Shown here: in pieces, positions 9,561 to 22,705 of the stretch
How positions within the stretch are numbered: position 1 is the stretch's first letter
Layout of the letters: each line of letters begins with the position of its first letter
NCBI RefSeq assembly: GCF_902713615.1
Contig: NC_052158.1
Span: 52,918,823 to 52,982,822 of the forward strand
Origin: Scyliorhinus canicula
Taxonomy: Eukaryota
DNA length: 64,000 nt
Reading direction: 5' to 3'
Notes under the pieces: model-generated
The model's database searches: none
What the model saw: the letters and a program-made list of their open reading frames with translations, nothing else
Told to the model about the DNA's origin: nothing
Made by a program: the position numbers and the translations under genes

Positions 9561-12440
9561 AAGGTAAGGATGAACCTTTTCAGTCCTTTTTGACCCATCT
9601 CCGCATCCTCGCGCAGTCATGTAACTATGACTCGACAACTGATTCCATGATCCAGGATCAGATCGTTTTCGGGGTCCACTCCGATTCCCTTTGCCAGGAG
9701 CTCCTGAAAGTTAAGCAGCTCACCCTCACCATCGCCATTGAAACGTGTGTTCTTCACGAGCACGCTAACAACCGGTACTCCCACATCAGGGCGGCAGAAA
9801 CGGAAAAGTTAAACCCCCACGATGCAGAATGGGTGCAGGCTATCGCATCTTGATGACAGTGGCCATTTTGCGCGCTTTTCCCTGGCTCCAGCGCATGCGC
9901 ACCATGACCGAGGGGACGGTGAGACCGACGACCAGCCTGCGCAGATGCGTACATCGTTCCACCGCACTGCGCATGCATGTTGGCGCACGGAACGCGCTGA
10001 CGTCGGTGTCATGACGTGTCTGAATTGTGGCTCCGCCCATTTAAAACAGCAATGTCCGGCAAAATCACAACACTGTCTCCAGTGTGGCAAGCTTGGCCAC
10101 TACGCAGCTCTTTGCAGATCTGCTCCACTGCCCAACATCCAGCAATCCCAGCCACGGCGCAGAAGCGTCCGTTCGGTACAGCAACTCTCACAGACTCCGA
10201 TCCCGACAGCCCACCAGATGCTGAGTGCCTCAAAACCCCATTCCGGGTGGGCATCATTACTAAGCATGCGCTGCCTCTCTCAACGATGGTGAAACACCTC
10301 CCAATCCTGAGCATTGATCCGGAAAACGAGTAGTGTGCTACCCTTACTGTTCGCATCCGTTTCAAACTGGACACCGGCGCTTCAGCAAACCTCACTTCAA
10401 AATCTGACCTTGACACCATCCGCGTCAGACCAAGCATTCTTCTACCGGCCTGCCAGCTCCTCGACTACAATGGCAATGCCATTGCTGCCAGTGGCTCATG
10501 CCAGCTTGCGGTGTCCATTAGGTCATTGAAAGCAACGCTGTAATTTGAAATCGTAGGCCCTGACAGAGCATCCCTGCTCGGTGCTCGGGCCTGACAGAGC
10601 ATCCCTGCTCGGTGCTCGGGCCTGCAAACTCCTGAACCTGGTTCAGCGAGTCCACACCATGTCATCCGCACAGGCAACGGCCTCACCTGATGAAAACTTC
10701 CAGGCTCAACTTGATGACATCATAGCGAAATACCAGAGCGTGTTCGAAGGTATGGGCACACTCCCATACAGATACAAAATCCTGCTTGAGCCAAACGCTA
10801 CCCTTGTGGTTCATGCACCGTGTTGGGTGCCGGCACCCCTCAAGGATCGCCTCAAGCAGCAGTTGCAAGACCTCCAGGACCAGGGCATCAAATCAAAGGT
10901 CACGGAACCCACGGACTGGGTTAGCTCCATGGTTTGCGTCAAGAAACTGTCAGGGGAGCTTCGAATCTGTATCGACACCAAGATTTAAACCGCAACATCA
11001 TGAGGGAACATTACCTAATACCAAAATGAGAGGAGTTAACCAGCGAGGTTGCTCATGCCAAATTCCTCACGAAGCTGGATGTCTACAAGGGGTTCTGGCA
11101 AATACAGCTGGACACGTCCAGTCACAAGCTGTGCACATTCAATACCCCATTCGGTCATTACTGCTACAACCGAATGCCCTTTGGCATCATCTCTGCCTCA
11201 GAGGTATTTTACTGCATCATGGAACAAATGATGGAGGGCATCGAGGTAGAGCGAGTGTACGTCGACGATGTGATAATCTGGTCCACAACTCCTCAAGAAC
11301 ACATTGATTGCCTCAACCGGGTGTTCCACAGGATCCACGAGCATGGCCTCCGACTCAACAGGGCCAAATGCTCATTCGGTCAATCAGAAATCAAATTCCT
11401 CGGCGACCACATCTCGCAACAAGGCGTGCAGCTGGATGCTGACAACGTTTCGGCGATCAACGCCATGAAGACCCCAGAGGACAAGAAGGCGGTCCTCCGC
11501 TTTCTAGGGATGGTCACCTTCCTTGGGAAGTTCATCCCCAACATGGCGTCCCACACCACAGCCCTCCGCCATCTCGTTAGAAAAACGACGGATTTCCAGT
11601 GGCTGCCCGCTCATGAGAAAGAATGGCGTGAGCTAAGGGCGAAACTCACCAAGGCCACGGTGCTGGTATTTTCCGACCCTGCCAAGGAAATAAAAATAGC
11701 CACTGAAGCGAGCCAGGATGGTATTGGGGCAGTACTCCTCCAGCGGGATCCCTCCTGGGCCCCAGATGCAGATGCCTCTAGAGCTATGACGTCCACTGAG
11801 CAACGATACGCTCAGATTGAGAAGGAATGCCTGGGCCTCCGGACGGGAATCGACACGTTCCATGATTATGTATATGGCCTCCCCTAATTCACGGTTGAGA
11901 TGGACCACAGGCCATTGGTTCACATCATCCAAAAAGACCTCAATGACATGACGCCACGGTTACAACGCATCCTTCTCAAGCTGCGCCGCTACGATTTTGA
12001 CCTGGTTTACACCCCGGGCAAAGAGATCTTTGTTGCCCATGCACTCTCCAGGTCTATCAACACACTGTGTGAGCAGACTGACATTGTCTGTCAAATAAAC
12101 GCGCAGGTGCAATTCTGTGCCTCCAACTTCCCGGCCTCTGATGAGAGGGTCATTCAAATTCGTGAGGAGACGGCCAGGGATCCTCTGCTCCAGTGGGTGA
12201 TGCAACACCTCATGAATGGCTGGCAGAAGGGGCAGTGTCCCCAGTTTTACAATGTCAAGGACGATCTGACGGTGGTCGGCGGCATCCTCATGAAGCTTGA
12301 CAGAATTGTGATCCCACAGAGCATGTGAGATTTGGTGCTCGGCCAAATGCACGAGGGTCACCTGGGGGTCGGGAAATGTCGCCGTCGAGCTCAAGAGGCA
12401 GTATACTGGCCAGACATCAGCCAAGACGTCGCCAATACGG

Positions 12441-12803
12441 CAGCACGGTAGCATTGTAGGGCAGCACGGTAGCATTGTGGATAGCACAATCGCTTCACAG
12501 CACCAGGGTCCCAGGTTCGATTCCGGCTTGGGTCACTGTCTGTGCGGAGTCTGCACATCCTCCCCGTGTGTGCGTGGGTTTCCTCCGGGTGCTCCGGTTT
12601 CCTCCCACAGTCCAAAGATGTGCAGGTTAGGTGGATTGGCCATGCTAAATTACCCTTAGTGTCCAAAATTTCCCTTAGTGTTGGGTGGGGTTACTGGGTT
12701 ATGGTGATAGGGTGGAGGTGTTGACATTGGGTAGGATGCTCTTTCCAAGAGCCGGTGCAGACTCGATGGGCCGAATGGCCTCCTGCACTGTAAATTCTAT
12801 GTA
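12441..12803 (+). mobile_element. V-SINE with duplicated 5' head, in Gypsy pol
   Basis: TSD AATACGG at 12434-12440 and 12804-12810. Confidence 0.92.
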
Positions 12804-13677
12804 AATACGGTCCTCAATTGCCCTACCTGTCAAAACTTCCAGCCGGCTCAGCCTAAAGAAACTCTACAGCAACATGAGATGGTGACCTCCCCATGGTCCA
12901 AAGTCGGTGTTGACCTGTTCCATGCCAAGGGGCGTGACTATGTCCTCCTAGTGGACTGCTTTTCCAATTATCCCGAAGTGGTCAGACTGTCTGACCACAC
13001 GTTGGCGGCGGTGATCAAGGCATGCAAGGAAACTTTTTCCCGACATGGGATACCACTCACGGTGATGAGTGACAACGGCCCCTGTTTTTTCAGACAGGAT
13101 TGGTCAGATTTTGCCAGGCTGTACAACTTTCAGCACGTCACATCCAGCCCCCACTACCCCCAGTCGAATGGGAAGGTTGAAAAATACATCGTCAAAAGAT
13201 TATTGTGTAAGGCTGCTGACTCGGGCTCCGATTTCAACCTGGCGCTGTTGGCATACAGAGCGACCCCTCTGTTCACTGGGTTGTCTCCAGCACAGCTCCT
13301 CATGAACCGCACACTGCGAATGACGGTTCCGGCCATCGAACACAGCAGCCAATCACCAGACAGGACACAACCACTATAAAGCCAGAGGGTACCAGTTTTC
13401 CCGCTCTCTGGGGATCCAGCCTCTGAGACAGTCAGAGCCCGTGAGCAACAGCCAGTGCAAACACCATGTGGTAGTCAGTAAGTCTGGTCAGGCTAGCCTC
13501 AGGTCTCCAGTCAAGTCAGCATAGTGTCAACCCACAATTAAGCATATAATATAGTTAGATGTTAAATAAAATTGTGTTGTATCTCATCAAGTGTTGGAAG
13601 CGTGTCTCTCTCTATATTGCATCAAACGCAGTCCACATTGACCCAGCTTACCCAACACATCATGGGGTAATGCCTGT

Positions 13678-13691
13678 TTGTGTGAGTGTGT

Positions 13692-13722
<31 letters not shown>

Positions 13723-13725
13723 GGG
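13678..13725. repeat. (TG)n microsatellite plus G run
   Basis: Directly visible. Confidence 0.95.
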
Positions 13726-14174
13726 TGACATTGCCCATGGATGGGGGCTGTAAGCTCACTTAGAGATCAGGGCTCCCTTTCAAAATGATGGCCCAATCTC
13801 TGAGGGACCGGTCTGGCCAGCGGGCTCAGCTTCCCAGTGACAAAAATTATTCTGTGGGCTTGACTGGGTCGAAACTCCCCAGGGCCCAAAAAAGTGACTG
13901 TCATTTGATAGTGGAGGGGAACTCGATGACAGAGCTGACGGGAAACTCCCAGCAAAACCCACCACATATTATATTTAGGTACTTTTCTGTTAAGTCCATT
14001 GTTTCTCCATGTTCCTCCTTTCAAAAGGCATCACCTCACACATCTCTGCATTAAGCTGAATCTGCCACCTATCTGCACACTCCACCAACTTGTCTGTCCT
14101 TTTGAAGTTCTGCACTGTCCTCTTCACTGTGTACAATGTGTCATCTGAAAACTGTGAAACTGTCCCTGAACACT

Positions 14175-14870
14175 GTAAGGTTCTTCTTGTTTATTCCCTT
14201 ATTTCCCCATTCTTTCATATCACTGTTACACTTTTAGATCCATGAATGATTTATAGGCATATGTCTTTAAGACAGCCTCAAACTTTAATTCATACAGAAG
14301 GTTCTGGAAGGCTGCGCCAGTTTACCATGATGATTGCAGATTGGCTGACATCAGTGAAGATTAGTTTGGCTGGCCAATGCATTGGCCAAAGAGGCTGTCC
14401 TCTGCCTGGTAACAGGTGGCGATTGGATCTGGTCACACTGATATGGTCACAAGGTTTGTTTTTGGTTTTATTGTTTGATTCTTCAGGCTGGATGGAGTGA
14501 TCTAGCTAACTCTTTCCAGAACTAACCAGCTGATTCTCACCAAAAGGCCACTGATGAGAACCAACTCTCTCTGCAGAAGAGGCTGGTGTGAACCGACAAA
14601 CTCTTTCTCCAGAAAAGGCAGAGGTGTGGAAGAAAAGTTTGATGTGAAGCAAGGGGCCTCCCCAGCAGAGGCTGTGAGTAATATTACTAAACTGCAAGGA
14701 AGATCATTGCAGGCTGTTAAACAGAGACTTTGATTCACAAGAATACTGTGAAGAAATCATGCTGCGAACCACCATTTAAAGCAAAGCCTCTTATGTTTTG
14801 ACCTTCATTCTTATTGGGCTGGATTCTCTGTTTTTCAGACTGTGTCTCCATGCCGTCATGAAAACTGTGG
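14175..14870. mobile_element. Possible old LTR-like sequence
   Basis: Begins TGTAAG, non-coding, CCAAT motifs; no partner LTR or TSD found. Confidence 0.3.
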
Positions 14871-14906
14871 TCTTTTATGCCAGGAAATCTGGCGTCAAAA
14901 GACCAT

Positions 14907-15306
14907 GGGCGGGATTCTGCGACCCCCCCGCTGGGTGTGAGTATCGCCGGGTGTCGGCATGAATCCCGCACCCGCCGTCCTCACAATCCTCCCAACCCCC
15001 CAAAAACTGTCCATGTGTGAGTCGCACCGCCCACCTCGGAGAATGGTGGGGTCCGGCGCGACTCAATGGGCACCGGGGCTGCCCGAATTCTCCGGCCCAC
15101 GATTGGCTGAAGTTCCGCTCAACTGTAGCAGGTCCCGTCGGCGTAAATTAGAGTAGGTCCCTTACCGGTGGGACCTAGCGGCGCGGCCGGGGTTCCTGGG
15201 GGGTTGTGGGGGGATCTGGCCCTGGGAGGTGCCCCTGGAAGGGTCACGCAACTCCGTCCCCTGGGACCCCCCCCCCCGCCCCACTGGGTACAGGAGAATC
15301 CCGCCC
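14907..15306. mobile_element. GC-rich MITE
   Basis: TIRs GGGCGGGATTCTGC ... GGAGAATCCCGCCC (13/14 match). Confidence 0.8.
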
Positions 15307-16529
15307 CACATATTCACCGACTTGCAAGGGGCTAGCAGGCAGCTGTAGTAGAGCTCTCAGCTCTAGCTGCCGATATGGCCCCCCCGCATCTCCGTGTCAG
15401 AGGCTGCACATGTGTAAGGCGGCGTCCACCAGCGGCCGCGCCGTGCTCCATGGCGGACTCAGCCCGCGGACCTGGACCACGGAAATAGTGCCTCGCATCG
15501 CCTGCCCTGGACCGCCTTGCAGACAGAGGGCCAAGGCAGTTCAGAACATTGGTCTACAGGCGTTTATTTGGGAAGGTGCTATGCCCTTGCCCCTAACTGT
15601 ACTTTAAAAAAAAATGCTTTTATTACAGATTACCTTTTAAACACAACAAAAATAGAAATACACAGTTCTGTACAAACACGTTACAGTTAACGTGCATTTG
15701 AGTTAGCCTCCAACACCCCACCCGCCTTGCTCTCCCCAAACCCCTCCCCTTTCTCTTATATATTATGTTCTCAATATTGGTTTTCATTGCCATTCATAAT
15801 AGGGTTGTTTGACGACACACAGATTACATCCTGCTTGGGTATACCACATCGGCTGCCTGTGCTTCCAAACGTTCTCTCGGGGGCCGTATAGGGTGTGGTC
15901 GGCCTATGTGCCTCCTTACTTTCTACAACGCACTCCTCTCTTCCTGTTGCTGTTTGTGGGGCCCCCTCCCCTTTGCTCTATTGGCTGTTGGCTACAAACA
16001 TGTCCTGGAACAGGTTTGTGAATGGCCTCCATATCTTGTGGAAGCCCTCTTCCGACCCCCAGATGGTGAATTTGAAGAAATTCCCACAGGTCTGCCAGCC
16101 AGTCTGCAGCTTTGGGTAGTGCTGCTGATCGCCAGCCAAGCAGGATTCTCTGGCAGATGATTAGGGAGGCAAAGGCTATGGTGTCGGCCCCATTCCCCAT
16201 AAAAAGTTCTGGTTGACCTGATACCTCAAAGACTGCCACTTTTGGGCACAGCTCCACTCTCACCCCCACAACCTTGGACATTGTGTTGAAGAAGGCTGTC
16301 CAGAACCTGACAAGTTTGGGGCATGCCCCAGAATATGTGGGCGTGGTTGGCGGGGCCTCCCTGGCACCGCTCACATTTGTCCTCCATATCCGGGAAGAAC
16401 CTGTTCATTCGGGCTCTGGTTAGGTGTACTCTATATACCAGTCGCATTCAGCTTAGCCTTGCGCATGTGGAGTTGACCCTGTTCAGTGCTTCGCTCCAGT
16501 GTCCCCACCCTATTTCAAACCCTAGCTCC

Positions 16530-19500
16530 TGAGGTGAATGTAATTCACACTGTAATATATATGATACCATATTATTGTAAGCGCAGTTACATTGCCCGAC
16601 CACTAGGGGAGTAGCACTGGGAATGCATAGGAGTTTGTACAGGGCTCCACCCTTGGCTCCGCCCACGGCTCCTCCCCTGAACTGCTGTATAAAGATCGAT
16701 GCCCAGAGCCAGCCGACCAGTTCATCCAGGGTTCATCGTGTTACAGGCTGGCTCTGTTGTAAGTAGATTAAAACCACTATTCATATCTTAAAGCACGTGT
16801 CTCGTGAATTGATGGTCTCAACAATTTAATCTACTTAAGAAACAGTAAGGAACAATCATGGAATCAGCCCTCAAGCCTGAGCGATTGGAACTTGACCCAC
16901 AGGATGCAGAGGCAAAATAAATCTTTTCGCATTGGCTCCAATGTTTTAAGGCCTACCTGGCTGAAGCAAGCACAGCTGAAACGATGGAGGAACAGAAACT
17001 TAGCCTACTGCACGCGAGGGTAAGCCACAGAATTTCCACTCAACTAAATTGTACCAGCTCATATACTGAAGCCCTAGCGCTACTTGACAAAATGTATGTG
17101 AGGCCTGTAAATGAGGTCTACCCGTGACACGTGTTTACTACTCGCCGCCAGCGGCCTACGGAATCACTAGAAGAATTCCTCAGAGAACTAAAAACTCTAT
17201 CCCGGGACTGTAACTATCAGGCTGTAACTGCTGCAGAGCATAGAGACCTTGCTGTCCGTGATGTCTTTGTTGCAGGCCTGAGATCAAATTACGTGCGCCA
17301 GTGACTGCTGGAAAAGGGGGCCCAAAATCTTGAAGATACTGTTGAACTTGCTACGACTATGGAGGTCTCATTTCGCAGCCTCACCTTGTTCCCCGCGGAC
17401 CCCGCGACCCGTCATGTGCCCCCGACCAGCAACTCCCCCAGGCCTGCGCCACGCGGCCACCCAGCCACAATGTTGCCCCAGCCTGCCACTTTTGTGGCCA
17501 GCCCCAGCACCCGTGGCAGCCCTGCCCAGCTCGCAACGCGACGTGCAGCAGCTGCGGGCGAAAAGGACACTATGCCAGATTGTGTCTGGCGAAGAAAGCC
17601 CCAGCCTCTAACCCTCCCACGGCTCAAAGCACTCGTTCCCCAAATTCACAGGCCCGCAGGCCTCGAAGTGCTGCAGCCTGTATGCCAACTCCGCCCCCAC
17701 CCAACATGTGCGTCTCATGGGGGCGGCCATCTTGGCAATCCACCTCCATGCGGCCGGCCATGTGCGACTCATGGGGGCGGCCATCTTGGGATCCATCCCC
17801 TCCAAACTCTGAAACTTACCTCGACGACTACGAACTCAGAGGGCAGTCATCACGGGGCCACTCCAGCACAGCTGATCGAGCCGCCGACTACCCGCAACTC
17901 AGCGCAGTCACACTGGACCAATCGCGCCCAAAGCACCTCCACAACTCGATGGCGACAGTCCAAATCAACGGGTACAACGCGCCGTGCCTTTTCGACTCCG
18001 GGAGCACTGAGAGCTTCGTACACCCAGATCTGGTAAGACGCTGTTTGCTCCCCGTTTTCCCTGCACAGCAAACTATCTCCCTCGCTTCGGGCTCCCACTC
18101 TGTTCAGATCCAAGGGCGCACCACCGTGACTCTCACAATCCAAGGCGCTAGCTATTCTAACTTCCAACTCTACGTCCTGCCCGAACTCTGCGCCTCACTC
18201 TTATTGGGACTTGATTTTCAATGTAATCTCAAGAGTCTCACCCTCAGTTTCGGCGGACCCCTACCCCCACTCACTATCTGCAGCCTGGCCACGTTGCGAA
18301 TCTCCCCCCCTCCTCTCTTTGCCAACCTCACCCCGGACTGTAAACCCGTAGCCACTCGCAGCAGGCGATGCAGCCGACAGGACAGGGTGTTCATCCGATC
18401 GGAGGTCCAAAGGCTCCTCAGTGAAGGGGATCATAGAGGCCAGCAACAGCCCCTGGAGAGCTCAGGTGGTGGTCGTCAAGACCGGGGAAAAATTCCGCAT
18501 GGTCATAGACTATAGTCAGACCATTAATAGGTTTACGCTCCTGTCTGCATACCACCAGCTCCCAATCCGCCCGGAGGACCACCACTACACGGCGCTCGAG
18601 TCCGATGGCCGCCTCTTCCATTTCCTCCGGGTTCCCTTCGGCGTCACAAATGGGGTTTCGGTGTTCCAACGAGCAATGGACCGAATGGTGGACCAGTACG
18701 GGCTACGGGCCATGTTCCCGTACTTGGATAACGTTACCATCTGTGGCTATGACCAGCAGAACCACGACGCCAACCTCTACCGTTTTCTCCAGACGGCTCA
18801 GAAACTAAATCTAACATATAACAAGGAGAAATGCGTTTTCCGCACGACCAGATATGCCGTGGAAAACGGAGTCCTGGGCCCCGACCCGGACCGTATGCCC
18901 AGAACTCCCTCTCCCACATTGTCCCAAGGCCCTCAAACGGTGCTTGGGATTTTTTTCCTATTACGCCCAGTGGGTCCCTCAATATGCGGACAAAGCCCGC
19001 CCACTCTTTAAGGCCACACTATTTCCCCTGTCAGCTGAGGCGCGCCAGGCCTTCAACTGCATCAAGGAGGACATCGCCAAAGCGGCCATGTGGGCGGTGG
19101 ATGAATCCACTCCATTCCAGGTTGAGAGCGATGCCTCAGAGGTAGCTCTTGCAGCCACATTAAATCAGGCAGGGAGACCAGTCGCATTTTTCTCCCGAAA
19201 CCTCTCTGCTTCAGAACTCCGACAATCCTCAGTCGAAAAGGAAGCACAAACCATTGTGGAGGCTATCCGTCACTGGAGGCGCTACCTCGCAGGTAGGAGG
19301 TTCACCCTCATCACCGACCAAAGATTGGTTGCCTTCATGTTCGACAACTCGCAAAGGGGCAAAATTAAAAACGATAAAATTCTGCGGTGGAGGATCGAAG
19401 TCACCACCTATAGCTACGATATTAAATATCGACCGGGGAAGCTCAACGAGCCCCCAGATGCCCTATCCCGCGGGACGTGCGCCAGCGCACAGAGCGACCG

Positions 19501-22119
19501 CCTAAAAGTTATCCACAATGACCTCTGCCACCCGGGGGTCACCCGGCTCACCCACTATATCAAAGCCCGAAACCTGCCTTTCTCCACTGGTGAGGTAAAA
19601 GCTGTCACCAGAGACTGCCCGATCTGTGCGGAGTGCAAACCGCACTTCTATAAACCAGACAGGGCCCACCTGGTCAAGGCTTCTAGGCCCTTTGAACTCC
19701 TCGCGATCGATTTCAAAGGGCCACTCCCCTCAACTAACAGGAACGTTTACTTCCTAAACGTTATAGACGAGTTCTCCCGCTTCCCCTTTGCTATCCCGTG
19801 TCCCGATATGACCTCCCACACAGTCATTAGGGCCCTGCATAGTATCTTCACCCTGTTTGGTTTCCCCAGATACGTACACAGCGACCGGGGTTCATCCTTC
19901 ATGAGCGACGAGCTGCGTCAGTACCTGCTCGACAAGGGCATTGCCTCGAGCAGGACTACCAGCTACAACCCCAGGGGGAACAGGCAGGTGGAGAGGGAGA
20001 ATGCGACGGTCAGGAAGACCGTCCTACTGACCCTCCGGTCCAGGAATCTCCCAGTCTCCCATTGGCAGGATGTCCTCCCAGACGCGCTCCACGCTATTAG
20101 GTCCCTCTTATTCACCGCGAACAATCAGACCCCTCACGAGCGGCTCTTTAGTTTTTCCAGGGGCACTACCACGGGAGTCTCTCTGAAAATGAAATGAAAA
20201 TCGCTTATTGTCACGAGTAGGCTTCAATAAAGTTACTGTGAAAAGCCCCTAGTCGCCACATTCCGGCGCCTGTCCGGGGAGGCTGGTACGGGAATCGAAC
20301 CGTGCTGCTGGCCTGCTTGGTCTGCTTTAAAAGCCAGCGATTTAGCCTTGTGAGCTAAACCAGCCCCTGGCATGGCTGAAGATACCGGACCCCGTACTCC
20401 TCAGGAAGCACGTCGGGACGCACAAAACTGACCCCCTTGTAGAGAAGGTGCGCCTGCTTCACTCAAATCCCCAGTACGCCTTTGTAGAGTTCCCTGACGG
20501 CCGTCAGGACACCGTATCCCTCCGGGACCTAGCACCCGCTGGATCCAGCATCCCCACTATCACTGCACAGGTCACTCTACACCCCACCCAGCCGCTCCCT
20601 CGCGCTCCTGAGCCCACTAGCTCCCTACAATTGTTTCGCGCACCCACATCGGCTAGCTCCCAGCGCCCCCACACCGGCTAGCTCCCAGCGCCCTCAGTCC
20701 CCAGTCAAACCAGACGGGTATGGAGCTCGGATGCAATCGGCCCCGGAGTCCGCCATCGTACCCCAACCCACAACACCCATCCAGCCACCACAAGAGGCTG
20801 CAAACCCGGTGCTCCGCAGATCACAGCGGACGACTCGACCACCGGACAGACTCAATTTGTGAACCACCACCCTCGCTGGACTTGATTTTTTTGTAGGGGG
20901 TGAATGTGGTGAATGTAATTCACACTGTAATATATATACCATATTATTGTAAGCGCAGTTGCGTTGCCCTACCACAAGGGGGAGTAGCACTGGGAATGCA
21001 TAGGAGTTTGTACAGGGCTCCACCCTTGGCTCCGCCCACGGCTCCTCCCCCTGGACTGCTGTATAAAGATCGATGCCCAGAGCCAGCCGACCAGTTCATC
21101 CAGGGTTCATCGTGTTACAGGCTGGCTCTGTTGTAAGTAGATTAAAACCACTATTCATATCTTAAAGCACGTGTCTCGTGAATTGATGGTCTCAACAATT
21201 TAATCTACTTAAGAAACAGTAAGGAACAATCATGGAATCAGCCCTCAAGCCTGAGCGATTGGAACTTGACCCACAGGATGCAGAGGCAAAATAAATCTTT
21301 TCGCATTGGCTCCAATGTTTTAAGGCCTACCTGGCTGAAGCAAGCACAGCTGAAACGATGGAGGAACAGAAACTTAGCCTACTGCACGCGAGGGTAAGCC
21401 ACAGAATTTCCACTCAACTAAATTGTACCGGCTCATATACTTGACAAAATGTATGTGAGGCCTGTAAATGAGGTCTATGCGCGACACGTGTTTACTACTC
21501 GCCGCCAGCGGCCTACGGAATCACTAGAAGAATTCCTCAGAGAACTAAAAACTCTATCTCGGGACTGTAACTATCAGGCTGTAACTGCTGCAGAGCATAG
21601 AGACCTTGCTGTCCGCGATGTCTTTGTTGCAGGCCTGAGATCAAATTACGTGCGCCAGTGACTGCTGGAAAAGGGGGCCCAAAATCTTGAAGATACTGTT
21701 GAACTTGCTACGACTATGGAGGTCTCATTTCGCAGCCTCACCTTGTTCCCCGCGGACCCCGCGACCACGTCATGGGCCCCCGACCAGCAACTCCCCCAGG
21801 CCTGCGCCACGCGGCCACCCAGCCACAATGTTGCCCCAGCCTGCCACTTTTGTGGCCAGCCCCAGCACCCGCGGCAGCACTGCCCGGCCCGCAACGCGAC
21901 GTGCAGCAGCTGCGGGCGAAAAGGACACTATGCCAGATTGTGTCTGGCGAAGAAAGCCCCAGCCTCTAACCCTCCCACGGCTCAAAGCACTCGTTCCCCG
22001 AATTCACAGGCCCGCAGGCCTCGAAGTGCTGCAGCCTGTATGCCTGGCTCTGTTGTAAGTAGATTAAAACCACTGTTCATATCTTAAAGCACGTGTCTTG
22101 TAAATTGATGGTCTCATCA
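16530..22119 (+). mobile_element. pol: Gypsy family B, three-LTR tandem insertion
   Basis: LTRs 16530-16823, 20905-21197 and a partial one 22044-22119; TSD GCTCC at 16525-16529 and 22120-22124; gag CCHC (CSSCGRKGHYARLC), protease FDSGS, RT YLDN, RNase H, integrase (HPG..CAEC, IDFKG, SDRG) in ORF 18854-20197; PPT before 20905. Confidence 0.95.
20185..20368 (-). mobile_element. tRNA-derived SINE (second family) in Gypsy B integrase
   Basis: Reverse of the 5761-5925 family, with GAAAATGAAATGAAAAT tail. Confidence 0.85.
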
Positions 22120-22144
22120 GCTCCTCCTTCCATTTTTCTCTTAT

Positions 22145-22705
22145 TCCGTCTCATAAGAACATAAGAACATAAGAACTAGGAGCAGGAGTAGGCCATCTGG
22201 CCCCTCGAGCCTGCTCCGCTATTCAATTAGATCATGGCTGATCTTTTGTGGACTCAGCTCCACTTTCCGGCCCGAACACCATAACCCTTAAACCCTCTAT
22301 TCTTCAAAAAAAACTATCTATCTATAAGGCTATGTCCCCTAGTTCTGCTGTCACCCGCCAGTGGAAACAACCTGCCCGCATCTATCCTATCTATTCCCTT
22401 CATAATTTTAAATGTTTCTATAAGATCCCCCCTCATCCTTCTAAATTCCAACGAGTACAGTCCCAGTCTACTCAACCTCTCCTCATAATCTAACCCCTTC
22501 AGCTCTGGGATTAACCCAGTGAATATCCTCTGCACACCCTCCAGCGCCAGTACATCCTTTCTCAAGTATGGAGACCAAAACTGAACACAATACTCCAGGT
22601 GTGGCCGCACTAACGCCTTATACAATTGCAACATAACCTCCCTAGTCTTAATCTCCATCCCTCTAGCAATGAAGGACAAAATTCCATTTGCCTTCTTAAT
22701 CACCT
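22145..22705 (-). mobile_element. CR1 3' fragment
   Basis: ORF 22314-22703 LVRPHLEYCVQFWSPY..SLEFRRMRGDLIE; (ATAAGAAC)n tail. Confidence 0.92.

Larger units (their letters stand above)
8503..13659 (+). mobile_element. pol: Gypsy/Ty3 LTR retrotransposon family A, defective
   Basis: 5' LTR 8503-8896, PBS-like TGGTACCAG, gag with CCHC remnant (CLQCGKLGHYAALC), protease motif LDTGA (read manually), RT YVDD (11174-11887), RNase H (YAQIEKE), integrase SDNG/PQSNG (12879-13338), truncated LTR 13338-13659; many stops and frameshifts. Confidence 0.93.

Noticed and set aside
10550-10625. 31-bp tandem duplication in Gypsy protease
   Set aside because: Ordinary post-insertion slippage.
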